Counted from the stretch's first letter, positions 55,354 to 64,000 are shown. The stretch is DNA of 64,000 nt from an uncultured Solirubrobacterales bacterium (GCA_963750895.1 CAVVSD010000006.1:1443525-1507524); one strand, 5' to 3'. The notes: generated by a model from the sequence alone, not told the origin. Translations and numbers: made by a program.

Positions 55354-55393
55354 GACGAGCGGGTCAGGATAGCTGACCCGCTCGCCGCGCCAC

Positions 55394-56107
55394 TCAGGTG
55401 GTGTCGGGAGTCGTGTCCGGCGTGGTGTCGGGCGTGCTCTCGATGTCGCCGGTGCCGTTGGTGGCGTCGCCGTTCAGGCTGACGCCCTCCTCGGCGACCG
55501 GCTCCCCGTCGGCATCGCCCTCCGCACCCTCTTCGTCCTCGCCGAGAGTGCCGGCGAGCACGGCCTTCGAGGGGCCGAGCATCATCGTCATGTTGCGACC
55601 GTCCTGCTGGGGACGCTGCTCCACCACCGCGAGCTCGGAGAGCTCGTCGGCCAGGCGGTCCAGGATCTCCTGCCCGCGCTCCGGATGCGTGACCTCGCGC
55701 CCGCGGAACATGATCGTGACCTTGACCTTGTCCTTGTGGCGGAGGAAGCGCTCGACGTGCCCCTTCTTGGTGGCGTAGTCGTGCGCCGCGATCTTCGGGC
55801 GGAACTTGATCTCGCGTATGACGATGTTCTGCTGGCGCTTGCGCGCCTGCTTCTGCTTCTGAGCCTGCTCGTACTTGTACTTCGAGTAGTCGAGCACCCG
55901 CACGACTGGCGGGCGGGCCTCAGCAGCGACCTCGACCAGGTCGAGATCGCGGTCTTGTGCGTAGCGAAGGGCCTCGTCGGTGCGCATGACACCGATCTGA
56001 GCTCCCTGCTCGTCGATAAGCCGCACCTCGGGGACTCGGATCCTGTCGTTGATCCGGGTCTGATCCCGCTCGGGCGGGCGCCGGTCGAAACGTCTCGGTA
56101 CCGGCAC
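55394..56107 (-). CDS. infC: Translation initiation factor IF-3 with an acidic ~50-aa C-terminal extension
   Basis: [17 protein letters not shown]...DLDLVEV...[14 protein letters not shown]...[12 protein letters not shown]...[15 protein letters not shown] heads the listed ORF; the true start is uncertain, since IF-3 genes often use unusual starts. Confidence 0.9.
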   Translation of the reverse strand: MPVPRRFDRRPPERDQTRINDRIRVPEVRLIDEQGAQIGVMRTDEALRYAQDRDLDLVEVAAEARPPVVRVLDYSKYKYEQAQKQKQARKRQQNIVIREIKFRPKIAAHDYATKKGHVERFLRHKDKVKVTIMFRGREVTHPERGQEILDRLADELSELAVVEQRPQQDGRNMTMMLGPSKAVLAGTLGEDEEGAEGDADGEPVAEEGVSLNGDATNGTGDIESTPDTTPDTTPDTT

Positions 56108-56190
56108 TAGCGTTGGATGGCGTGCGTCAAGCCGATGGCGAGCACGCGTGCGTTTGAACGTGTGTCAACACGCATCAGTCTAACACCGAG

Positions 56191-56569
56191 TCAACGTCGG
56201 AGTGCGGCTTCGAGCCCGGCCTGGACGAACCGCGGGCCCCAGCCCTCCCGGACCTCGACCACGGAGCGCGCGCTGCGGGCCATCGCGTGGCGCCTCGGAC
56301 CGATCGGATCCCTCGATCGCGAGGACCGAGCCGTCCTTCGCCAGCCAGACCAGATCGAGGGCGAAGCGCATGCCGAAGGTGTGCACCGAGCGGGTCCGCG
56401 GGAGCAGCAGCCCGTGCTCGCCCGGGAGGTCCTCCAGGGCGGCCAGTCCGCGCAGCCGGGCGAACGGCCCGGCGGCCACGTGGACGGTGAGCCCGTCCTC
56501 CAGGACGACGGCCGGCAGCGCGTCGAGACGACGCCGCCAGAGCCCGCTCCCGCCGGCCTCGGAGGTCAA
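56191..56569 (-). pseudogene. DUF192 family protein with one frame change
   Basis: FARLRGLAALEDLPGEHGLLLPRTRSVHTFGMRFALDLVWLAKDGSVLAIE (ORF 56180..56569), then DPIGPRRHAMARSARSVVEVREGWGPRFVQAGLEAALRR* in the next frame (stop 56191-56193). The TTG start is in a TTGA overlap with the thrS stop. Confidence 0.6.
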
Positions 56570-58494
56570 CCTTCCCGCCGCGCCACCCGGTCGGCGAGGC
56601 GGGCGACGAGGTCGGCCACCGGCTCGGATCCCTGATCGCCCTCGTGCCGTGCGCGGACGGAGACGGTGCCCTGCTCCGCCTCGCGGTCGCCCACCACGAG
56701 CATGAAGGGGACCTTGCGCAGCTCGGCCTCGCGGATCTTGCGCCCGACCGACTCCGCGCGGTCGTCGATCTCGGCCCGGAGCCCGGCGGCGTGCAGCGCG
56801 GCCAGCACGTCACGGCCGGCGTCGACGTGACGGTCGGCGATCGGGAGGACCGCGGCCTGCACCGGCGCCAGCCAGAGCGGGAACTCGCCGGCGTAGTGCT
56901 CGGTGAGGATCCCGATGAAGCGCTCGAAGGACCCCAGGAGCGCGCGGTGGATCATCACCGGGCGGTGCTCGGCGTCGTCCGCCCCGATGTAGTGGATGCC
57001 GAAGCGCTCGGGCATCGACTCGTCGTACTGCACCGTCCCGAGCTGCCACGACCGGCCGATCGAGTCGGTCATGTGCAGGTCGATCTTCGGGCCGTAGAAG
57101 GCGCCGTCGCCCTCGTTGACCTCGTACGCGAGCCCGCGCGCGTCGAGCGCCTGGGCGAGCGCGGCCTCCGCGCGGTCCCACATGTCGTCGGTGCCGATCC
57201 GCTTCTCGGGGCGCGTCGACAGCTCGAGCTTGGGCTCGAAGCCGAAGAGGTCGTAGATCGCGAAGCCGAACTCCAGGCAGCGGATGACCTCGTCCTGGAC
57301 CTGCTCGGGCGTGCAGAAGATGTGCGCGTCGTCCTGCGTGATGTGGCGGACCCGCAGGAGCCCGTGCAGCGTGCCGCTCGGCTCGTGGCGGTGCACGAGG
57401 CCCTGCTCGGAGTACCGGACGGGCAGCTCGCGGTAGGAGCGGCGCTCGGCGGCGTAGAGCTGGATGTGCGCCGGGCAGTTCATGGGCTTGAGGCCCATGG
57501 GTCGCTCCTCGACCTCCGTGAAGTACATGTTGTCGCGGTACACGTCCCAGTGCCCGCTGGTCTTGAAGAGGTCGAGGTCGTAGAGGATCGGCGTCTTGAC
57601 CTCGCGGTAGCCGCGCGCGGCGTTCTCCTCGCGCCAGACCTCGGTGAGGGCGTTCCACACCGCCATGCCCCGGGGCAGCCAGAACGGCGAGCCGGGGCTG
57701 AGCTCGGAGAACATGAACAGGCCCAGCTCGCGGCCGAGCTTGCGGTGGTCGCGGGCGCGGGCCTCCTCGAGGCGCTTGAGGTGCTCGTCGAGCTCGGCCT
57801 GCGTGAAGAAGGCGGTGCCGTAGACGCGCGTGAGCATCTGGCGGTTCGCGTCGCCCCGCCAGTACGCGCCCGCGACGCTCAGGAGCTTGAACGCGCCGAT
57901 GCGGCCGGTGCCGGGCGCGTGCGGGCCGCGGCAGAGGTCCGTGAACGGGCCGTTGCGGTAGAGCGAGACCGTCTCGACGCCTTCGTTGGCGATGAGGTCC
58001 TCGACGAGCTCGACCTTGTACGGCTGGTCCTCGGCCCTGAAGCGCTCGAGCGCGACGTCGGTGGTCACGTCCTCGCGGAGGAAGGGCTCGTCCGCCTTGA
58101 CGTGCTCGCGCATGCGCTCCTCGATGCGCGGGAGGTCGTCCTCCGACAGCGACACGCCGGGCGGGAACTCGAAGTCGTAGTAGAAGCCGCCGTCGATCGG
58201 CGGTCCGATGGAGATCTTCACCCCGGGATACAGCTCGAGGACCGCCGTGGCGAGCACGTGCGCCGCGTCGTGGCGGATGAGCTCGAGCGCGTCGTCGCCG
58301 TCGCGCTTCGTGAGGATCCGGATCTCCTGGTCCTCGCGCAGCGGCGCGGAGAGGTCGCGCAGGGCGCCGTTGTCGCGGACGGCGAGCGCCGCCCGGGCGA
58401 GGCCCGGGCCGATCGCGCCGGCGGCGTCGGCGCCGGTGGCGCCGTCGGGCAGCTCGAGCGTCGCTCCGTCGGGAAGGGTGACCTGCATCGTCAA
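56566..58494 (-). CDS. thrS: Threonine--tRNA ligase
   Basis: 642 aa with a TGS domain start, HRKLGRELGLF, class II core and anticodon-binding tail. Confidence 0.95.
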   Translation of the reverse strand: MTMQVTLPDGATLELPDGATGADAAGAIGPGLARAALAVRDNGALRDLSAPLREDQEIRILTKRDGDDALELIRHDAAHVLATAVLELYPGVKISIGPPIDGGFYYDFEFPPGVSLSEDDLPRIEERMREHVKADEPFLREDVTTDVALERFRAEDQPYKVELVEDLIANEGVETVSLYRNGPFTDLCRGPHAPGTGRIGAFKLLSVAGAYWRGDANRQMLTRVYGTAFFTQAELDEHLKRLEEARARDHRKLGRELGLFMFSELSPGSPFWLPRGMAVWNALTEVWREENAARGYREVKTPILYDLDLFKTSGHWDVYRDNMYFTEVEERPMGLKPMNCPAHIQLYAAERRSYRELPVRYSEQGLVHRHEPSGTLHGLLRVRHITQDDAHIFCTPEQVQDEVIRCLEFGFAIYDLFGFEPKLELSTRPEKRIGTDDMWDRAEAALAQALDARGLAYEVNEGDGAFYGPKIDLHMTDSIGRSWQLGTVQYDESMPERFGIHYIGADDAEHRPVMIHRALLGSFERFIGILTEHYAGEFPLWLAPVQAAVLPIADRHVDAGRDVLAALHAAGLRAEIDDRAESVGRKIREAELRKVPFMLVVGDREAEQGTVSVRARHEGDQGSEPVADLVARLADRVARREG

Positions 58495-58500
58495 TGGAAT

Positions 58501-59419
58501 CTAGTCGGACGACACGCTCGCGGCTCCAGAGATCCGCGAGGCGCGCGAGGCGATGGCTGGACGGCTTCGCGTCGGTCAGCGGGCGCGCGCCCCCGGTGAA
58601 CGCGACCAGGGGCTCGCCGGCGAGGACGTCCTCCGGCTGGTCGGCCTGGGCCGCGCGCTCGCGCAGGCCCTCGAGCGGGAGCTCGCGGCTCGACGCGGCG
58701 ATGATGACGTTGCCGCCCTCCCTGCCGCGCAGCAGTCGCCGCGGGGCGAGCACGACGCCGTGGCGGAACGCCGCCAGCAGCGTCGCGGCGCCGGCGCGGG
58801 CGAGCTCCAGCGGCGGGATGTCGATGACGTTGAGCACGCACAGCCCGCCGGGGCGCAGCACCCGGCGGACCTCCCGCGCGAACTCCACGGTCGTGAGGTG
58901 CGCGGGCACGAGCGGGCCGTCGAACGCATCGACGACGACCGCGTCGGCCGACCGCTCGGGCAGCGCGGCGAGCAGCTCCCTCCCGTCCCCCACGCGCACC
59001 CGCATCCGGGCCGACGTGCGCAGCCCGAGCGCGTCGCGGGCGACGTCGACGAGGCCGCCGTCGCGCTCGAACGTCACCGAGCGCGACCCCGGCCGCGTCG
59101 CGGACAGGTAGCGCGGCAGCGTGAAGCCGCCGCCGCCGACGTGGACCGCGTGCAGCGGCTCGCCGGGCGGCGCGTGCAGGTCGAGGAGGTCGCCGATCCG
59201 GCGGACGTAGGCGAAGTCCAGGCGCGTGAGGTCGTCGAGGTCGACGTAGGAGGACTCCTGGCCGTCGACGAGCAGCAGCCTGCCCCCGGGGTGGCGACGG
59301 TCGACGCGCACCTCGGCGCGCCCGAACTCCGTGTCCCGCGTCATCGCGTCCGGGTGGTTGGCGCGCCGCGCCGGACGGCCTTCGCGGCTGCGCTTCGAGG
59401 AGCGGCGGGCGCCGGCCAT
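58501..59419 (-). CDS. Spermidine-synthase-like class I methyltransferase-fold protein (3' end uncertain)
   Basis: LLVDGQESSYVDLDD...VHVGGGGFTLPRY...VVVDAFDGPLVPAHLTTVEF...LRPGGLCVLNV. The frame has no stop until 56810, deep inside thrS. The nearest plausible stop is an out-of-frame TAG at 58501-58503. Confidence 0.55.
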
Positions 59420-59443
59420 CGCGGGCAAACTAGCTTCCTGCGC

Positions 59444-60517
59444 ATGGACACCGCCGCGCTGCGCGCCGAGTTCCCGGTCCTGGACCGGTTCACCTACCTG
59501 AACGCCGGCACCGCCGGTCCCTGGCCGCACGCGGCATCGGTCGCCCTGCGCGAGAGCGTCGAGGCGGGCGAGCGCGACGGCCGGCTCCTCGAGTGGTTCA
59601 TGGGCGGCCGCGACCTCGGCGAGCGCCTGCGCGCCGCGTACGCCGCGCTCCTCGGCGCGCCGCCGGAGGAGGTCGCGCTCACGTCGTGCACGAGCGACGG
59701 CATCGCGCGCGTCCTGGGCGGGCTCGAGCTCGCCCCCGGCGACGAGATCATCACCTCCGAGGGCGAGCACCCCGGGCTGCTCGGCCCGCTGGCCGCCGCG
59801 ATCGCGCAGCGCGGGGTGACGGTCCGCGAGGTGCCGTTCGCGCGCGTCGCCGACGAGGTCGGACCCGCGACGCGGCTCGTCGCCTGCTCGCACGTGCACT
59901 GGGCGACCGGCGAGGTCGCGCCCACGGCGCTCGCGGACCTCGACGTCCCGGTCCTGCTCGACGGCGCGCAGGGCATCGGCGCGGTGCCCGTCCGGGTGCG
60001 CGAGCTGGGCTGCGCGTTCTACGCGGGGTCGGGGCAGAAGTGGATGTGCGGGCCCGTCGGCACGGGGATGCTGTGGGTCGATCCGGCGTGGCAGGAGCGC
60101 GTCGTCCAGCGCGGGCCCACCTACCTGAACCTCGACGCCCCGAACGCCGGCCTCGCCGCGGGGCTGCAGCCCGATGCGCGCCGGTACGACACGCCGTCGC
60201 TCGGGACCGAGCGGGTCGCAGCGGCGCTCGCGTCGCACGACGTCCTCGCCGCCGCGGGCTGGGATGCGGTGCACGCGCGCGCGGCCGGCCTGGCCGCGAC
60301 GCTGGCGACGGCGCTCGCCGACGCCGGGCACGAGGTCCTCCCGCGCGGGAACACGACGCTCGTCACCTGGCGCGCCGACGATCCCGTCGCCGGGCGCGAG
60401 CGCGCCACGGAGCGCGGCATCCTCATCCGCGACATCCCCAACCAGCCGTGGCTGCGCGCCTCCACGGGCGCCTGGAACGACGAGAACGACCTGCAGCAGC
60501 TCCTCGACGCGCTATAA
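59444..60517 (+). CDS. Class V aminotransferase / cysteine-desulfurase-like PLP enzyme
   Basis: 357 aa; FTYLNAGTAGP...LVACSHVHWATGEV...FYAGSGQKWMCGPVGTGMLWV (PLP lysine context). Confidence 0.75.
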   Translation: MDTAALRAEFPVLDRFTYLNAGTAGPWPHAASVALRESVEAGERDGRLLEWFMGGRDLGERLRAAYAALLGAPPEEVALTSCTSDGIARVLGGLELAPGDEIITSEGEHPGLLGPLAAAIAQRGVTVREVPFARVADEVGPATRLVACSHVHWATGEVAPTALADLDVPVLLDGAQGIGAVPVRVRELGCAFYAGSGQKWMCGPVGTGMLWVDPAWQERVVQRGPTYLNLDAPNAGLAAGLQPDARRYDTPSLGTERVAAALASHDVLAAAGWDAVHARAAGLAATLATALADAGHEVLPRGNTTLVTWRADDPVAGRERATERGILIRDIPNQPWLRASTGAWNDENDLQQLLDAL

Positions 60518-61077
60518 CCGAAGCGGATGCGCTCGACCGCTGCCGCCGGGCCGCGGCCGAGCGCCCGCGCCGACGCGTAGCCCTCGCCGCGCAGCCCGGC
60601 GCCGGACCGCAGTCGCCGCCGCAGCACCTGCCAGGAGCGCTCGTGGCGCGCCATCCCGCGCGACGACACGGGCCGCCTGCCCCGCGCCCGCTGGGCGGCC
60701 TGCGCCTGCGCGGGATCGACGTCGAGGAACAGCGCGTGGCACGGCCGCCCGGCCCGCGACGCCAGCCGTGCGAGCGCGCGCCGCACGCGCGGCCGGGTCC
60801 CGGTCTCGTGGACGACGACCGCCGGGCCGGCGCCCGAGACGGCGCGCACGACCCGGACCAGATGCCCGGCGTGCACGAGCGGGCGCACCAGCGTCTCCCA
60901 CCGCCCGCGGACACCCAGGTCGCGCAGGCGGCGGCGGACGTCGTCGGAGTCGAGCACGACCACGTCGGGCCCCGTCGCGGTGCGCCGCAGGAACGTCGTC
61001 TTGCCGGATCCGGGCAGCCCGGCGACGAGGAGGACGGCCCCGGCTTCGTAGACCAGCTCGCGCTGCACCCCGCCCAC
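60121..61077 (-). CDS. P-loop (AAA_33-like) kinase/ATPase; only the first ~185 codons look genuine
   Basis: Walker A VAGLPGSGKTTF. The ORF as listed overlaps the convergent aminotransferase by about 400 nt, so the real 3' end is probably near 60515 and has been lost by a frame change. Confidence 0.5.
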   Translation of the reverse strand: MGGVQRELVYEAGAVLLVAGLPGSGKTTFLRRTATGPDVVVLDSDDVRRRLRDLGVRGRWETLVRPLVHAGHLVRVVRAVSGAGPAVVVHETGTRPRVRRALARLASRAGRPCHALFLDVDPAQAQAAQRARGRRPVSSRGMARHERSWQVLRRRLRSGAGLRGEGYASARALGRGPAAAVERIRFGYSASRSCCRSFSSFQAPVEARSHGWLGMSRMRMPRSVARSRPATGSSARQVTSVVFPRGRTSCPASASAVASVAARPAARACTASQPAAARTSCDASAAATRSVPSDGVSYRRASGCSPAARPAFGASRFR

Positions 61078-61102
61078 GATGGCGGGCGTTCCTGAACGGA
61101 AC

Positions 61103-61420
61103 CTAGGAGGCCTCTGCGTCGTCGAGCTCGAGGAACTCCGGCGCGATCCAGACGGTCCAGCCGCGGACCTGGTCGGCGTCCGTCTCCTCGTGCACCCGGA
61201 TCAGCCCGCAGTCGCGCAGCCGCCGCATGGCCTCGCGCAGGTCGCCCTGGCCGATGTCCCAGGACGACCACTCGAGCGTGGCGCGCAGGTCGTCGCCCAT
61301 GTGCAGCAGCGCCTGGACGAGGACGCGGAGGTCGTCGTCGCGGATGGCGGGGTCGAGGCTCACCGCGTGGATGAGCGTCTCTCGGATCGCGCGCAGCGCG
61401 GGAGTACCGGGAGCGGGCAT
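61103..61420 (-). CDS. Small hypothetical protein, possibly winged-helix (105 aa)
   Basis: MPAPGTPALRAIRETLIHAV...LREAMRRLRDCGLIRVHEE... Divergent from the acetyltransferase gene. The family is not recognised. Confidence 0.4.
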   Translation of the reverse strand: MPAPGTPALRAIRETLIHAVSLDPAIRDDDLRVLVQALLHMGDDLRATLEWSSWDIGQGDLREAMRRLRDCGLIRVHEETDADQVRGWTVWIAPEFLELDDAEAS

Positions 61421-61502
61421 GAACGATCCATCGTCGCAGCCCGCGCGCGTGATCGACCGCAATTGGGCGGATGGACGATGTCCGCGGGCATAGGCTCCGG
61501 CG

Positions 61503-62318
61503 ATGGACCTGACGGCCGTCAGCGGGGCGCGGCTGGCCGACGACCTCCGCGTGCTCGGCGTGCGGCCCGGCGGCGTGCTCATGGTGCACACGCGGATGAG
61601 CGCACTGGGGTGGGTGATCGGCGGCACCGAGACGATCGTGCGCGCGCTGCTCGAGGTCCTGGGCCCGGACGGCACGCTCGTCGTCTACGCGTCGTGGCAG
61701 GAGCACGTGTACCGCGCCGAGGACCGTCCGGCGGAGCACCGCGAGGCCTACGCCGCCGCCCCGCCGGCGTTCGATCCGGCGACGGGCGAGGTGGACCGCG
61801 ACTACGGCCGGCTGCCCGAGCGCGTGCGCACGTGGCCCGGGGCGCTGCGCAGCGCCCACCCGGAGGCGAGCGTCGCGGCGATCGGCGCGCGCGCCGCCTG
61901 GATCACCGGCGAGCACCCCGACGACGACGGCTACGGCGCGCGCAGCCCGTTCGCGCGCCTCGTGGAGGCCGACGGGCAGGTGCTCATGCTCGGCGCACCG
62001 CTCGACACCGTCACGCTCCTGCACCATGCGGAGGCCGTGGCACGCGTTCCCGGCAAGCGGACGGTGACCTACCGGGTGACGCTCGCCGGGGACGGCGGCC
62101 TGCGCGAGCGCACCTACACGGACATCGACACGTCGCTCGGCGCCTTCCCCTACGACACGCTCGGTCTCGAGGAGGACGAGTTCGCCGTCATCGCACGCGC
62201 GGCGCTCGACGCCGGCATCGGGGTGCGCGGGACCGTCGGCGACGGGGAGTCGCACCTCTTCCCCGCCCCCGCGCTGACGGCGTTCGCGGTCGCGTGGATG
62301 GAAGAGCGCTTCGCGTGA
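61503..62318 (+). CDS. Aminoglycoside N(3)-acetyltransferase family protein (AAC(3)-like)
   Basis: GGVLMVHTRMSALGWVIGGTETIVRALLEVLGPDGTLVVYASW...LMLGAPLDTVTLLHHAE. Confidence 0.75.
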   Translation: MDLTAVSGARLADDLRVLGVRPGGVLMVHTRMSALGWVIGGTETIVRALLEVLGPDGTLVVYASWQEHVYRAEDRPAEHREAYAAAPPAFDPATGEVDRDYGRLPERVRTWPGALRSAHPEASVAAIGARAAWITGEHPDDDGYGARSPFARLVEADGQVLMLGAPLDTVTLLHHAEAVARVPGKRTVTYRVTLAGDGGLRERTYTDIDTSLGAFPYDTLGLEEDEFAVIARAALDAGIGVRGTVGDGESHLFPAPALTAFAVAWMEERFA

Positions 62319-63514
62319 CCCGGCGGGGTCTTCCCGCGGTCCTCGCGGCCGCGCTCCTCGCCGTGCTCGCACCGGGCGCCCGAGCGGCATGGACCGCGCC
62401 GGAGACGGCGACGGGCGCCGGCGTCGCGGCGTCGCCCTCGGTGGACGTCGACGCGGCCGGTCGCCTCGCGCTGTCCTACACGCGACGGCGCGACGGGCGC
62501 ACGCGCGTCGAGCTGCGCCGCGGGTCGCTGCGCAGCGGCCTGCACGGAGCGCCGGTGCTCCTGGACCGCGACGCGGACCGGCCGGCGACGACGAGCGTGA
62601 AGCTCGACGGCGCCAACGGCCAGACCCTGACCGCCTGGGACGAGGGCGTGCCGCTCTCGTCGTCCGCGGTCCTCAGTCGGCGCGACGGCACCCCGCTCGT
62701 GCCGCTCGGTCCGTTCGCCACCGCCGTCGCGCCGTACGCGATCCGTGCGTCCGACGGCTCGCTGCGCCTCGTGCTCCACGGCAGCTCGGGCCTCGGCGTC
62801 CTGCGCCCGCAGGGGGAGCGACTCGACCTGCCCGCCGCGGGTCGCGACGCCCGCGTCGCGATCACGCCGCGCGGCGAGGTGATCGCCGCGTGGACGGACA
62901 ACGGCCGCCTGCGGATCGCCGCCGCGCCGCCCGAGGGGACGTTCGGCGCGCCGGTCACGGTCCCGACGACCGGCAGCCCGAGCATGCCGCGACTCGCGGC
63001 CGGCCCGGACGACCGCGTGCTCGTCGCGTGGCTGGACCGCACGGCGGCCGGGACGGGCGTGCAGGCCGTCTCGCGATCGCCGGAGGGGACGCTCGGCCCG
63101 CCGGTCGCGCTCGCCCGCGCGACCGAGGACGCACGCGCGCCGGCCCTCGTCGCGGCAGCGAACGGCGAGCCCCTGCTCGCCTACGTCGACGGCGGCGGCG
63201 TCCTCCGCCTGCGGCGCATGCGACCGGACGGCACGCCCATCGGCCCCGCCGCGCGGATCAGCGGCAGCACGGAGCGCACGAACGGCGCGGCGCTGGCGGT
63301 CACGCCGTCCGCCACGCAGGTCGTGTGGTCGACGGCGACGTCGGTGCGCGCGCGCAGGATCGCCTCCGGAGGCGCGCGCGGCCGGGTCCAGGTCCTCGCG
63401 CCCGCAGGGGCCGACGACGCGGAGGTCCCGGTCGCTGCGGGCGGCAGCACGGGCGGCGCCGCCGCCGCCTGGGTGGCGGGCGGGCGGGTCCGGCTCGTCC
63501 GCGAGCGCGGCTGA
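62315..63514 (+). CDS. Secreted repeat protein (~6 beta-propeller-like repeats)
   Basis: The GTG at 62315 is in a GTGA overlap with the upstream stop. Signal peptide RRGLPAVLAAALLAVLAPGARA-AW. Recurring ~45-aa units end in x-[VL]-x-[AV]-W (VIAAWTDNGRLRIAAAPPEGTFGAPV, VLVAWLDRTAAGTGVQAVSRSPEGTLGPPV, and others). Confidence 0.6.
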   Translation: MTRRGLPAVLAAALLAVLAPGARAAWTAPETATGAGVAASPSVDVDAAGRLALSYTRRRDGRTRVELRRGSLRSGLHGAPVLLDRDADRPATTSVKLDGANGQTLTAWDEGVPLSSSAVLSRRDGTPLVPLGPFATAVAPYAIRASDGSLRLVLHGSSGLGVLRPQGERLDLPAAGRDARVAITPRGEVIAAWTDNGRLRIAAAPPEGTFGAPVTVPTTGSPSMPRLAAGPDDRVLVAWLDRTAAGTGVQAVSRSPEGTLGPPVALARATEDARAPALVAAANGEPLLAYVDGGGVLRLRRMRPDGTPIGPAARISGSTERTNGAALAVTPSATQVVWSTATSVRARRIASGGARGRVQVLAPAGADDAEVPVAAGGSTGGAAAAWVAGGRVRLVRERG

Positions 63515-63577
63515 GCTAGCGTACGTCGCTGGTTTGCCCGATGAGCACTGAGACGAGTTACTGGCGACGCGCTGGAT

Positions 63578-64000
63578 CTAGGCCAGCTGGTTGGCCGTGC
63601 TCGGCGAGAAGGTCGGTGATCTCGCTGTCCAGCGTGGCGATCCGCTGGTTGTGGTTGTAGATGTAGTACTGTGAGTTCGTGGATACAGCGAGTGGGCGAT
63701 GCGATGAGCGAGGCTGTCACCGAGATCGATGTGCTTGAGGTGGCGCAGCACCTGCTGGCGGTCGCAGCGCAGCACAGCGGCGTCGGCGACAGGGTCGTGC
63801 TGGTATATGGGCGAGAAGTCGTGTTGGTTTGCGTGCGGTCGGGGATGAAGCGATGGCGCTGCAGCTGGAGAGTCCGAGCTGCGGACGAGCTCGGGTTGAT
63901 GGGAGGGCTGAGATGCTCTCGGTCGGTGAGGACAACCTCGGCGATCGAGATGCGTCGCCTGCGTCGCTCTGTCTGGGCCTCGGCGGTGGCGTTCGCGATG
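63578..64000 (-). other. AT-richer segment with broken ORFs; possible insertion-sequence/transposase remnant
   Basis: There is a composition drop after 63515. Minus-strand fragments lie in different frames (VLRCDRQQVLRHLKHIDLGDSLAHRI; NSQYYIYNHNQRIATLDSEITDLLAEHGQ). The second resembles the coiled linker of IS110-type transposases, but the match is weak. Confidence 0.25.

Noticed and set aside
56108-56190. Possible L20-binding translational operator or other leader upstream of infC, and a T-box upstream of thrS
   Set aside because: Only small, unconvincing hairpins are present, and I cannot identify the conserved pseudoknot or T-box elements by eye. thrS has essentially no upstream non-coding region. 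There is not enough evidence to report a feature.
1578-56313. Programmed ribosomal frameshifting or other recoding as an explanation for the frame changes
   Set aside because: The junctions share no slippery heptamer or downstream structure. They occur in unrelated gene families with no known recoding. Some genes need two shifts. Indel error or pseudogenisation is far more parsimonious.

Overview
High-GC (about 70%), Actinomycetota-like chromosomal segment. An LPXTG sorting signal and an F420/LLM-type oxidoreductase suggest a Gram-positive actinobacterial lineage; that is inference, and no rRNA or tRNA is present to confirm it. Contents, left to right: (1) small accessory genes (LuxR-type regulator, UPF0104 membrane protein, LPXTG surface protein, VOC/RidA/cupin/DHFR-like enzymes). 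(2) A roughly 5.9 kb decayed integrative island (6534-12484) with a tyrosine integrase and excisionase, flanked by a 14-bp direct repeat. (3) Housekeeping and regulatory genes (Rrf2, Tat-exported MBL hydrolase, HDOD-LuxR, gltX, nfo, MFS, LLM oxidoreductase, CHASE3 kinase with response regulator, PEBP lipoprotein, dnaE). (4) The most unusual part (26.4-33.1 kb): two large paralogous coiled-coil proteins, a tiny membrane protein, and a Wzx/MOP flippase. All three large proteins end in the same unannotated ~280-aa C-terminal module. (5) A Wzx/Wzy-type polysaccharide cluster continues to 44 kb (4 GT2, priming sugar transferase, Wzz/BY-kinase, O-antigen-ligase-like polymerase, 3 methyltransferases, deacetylase). 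(6) A tightly coupled minus-strand gene string, thrS-DUF192 / infC-rpmI-rplT / trmH-pheST-argCJBD-argG-dehydrogenase, followed by an AAC(3)-type acetyltransferase locus and an AT-richer possible IS remnant at the right edge. A window-wide caveat: at least 13 conserved genes, including gltX, change reading frame once or twice, mostly as if one extra base were present. This looks more like consensus indel error than biology, but I cannot tell from sequence alone. The many very long out-of-frame or antisense ORFs in the track are high-GC artefacts. Coordinates of internal starts were derived by counting residues from ORF-track ends.
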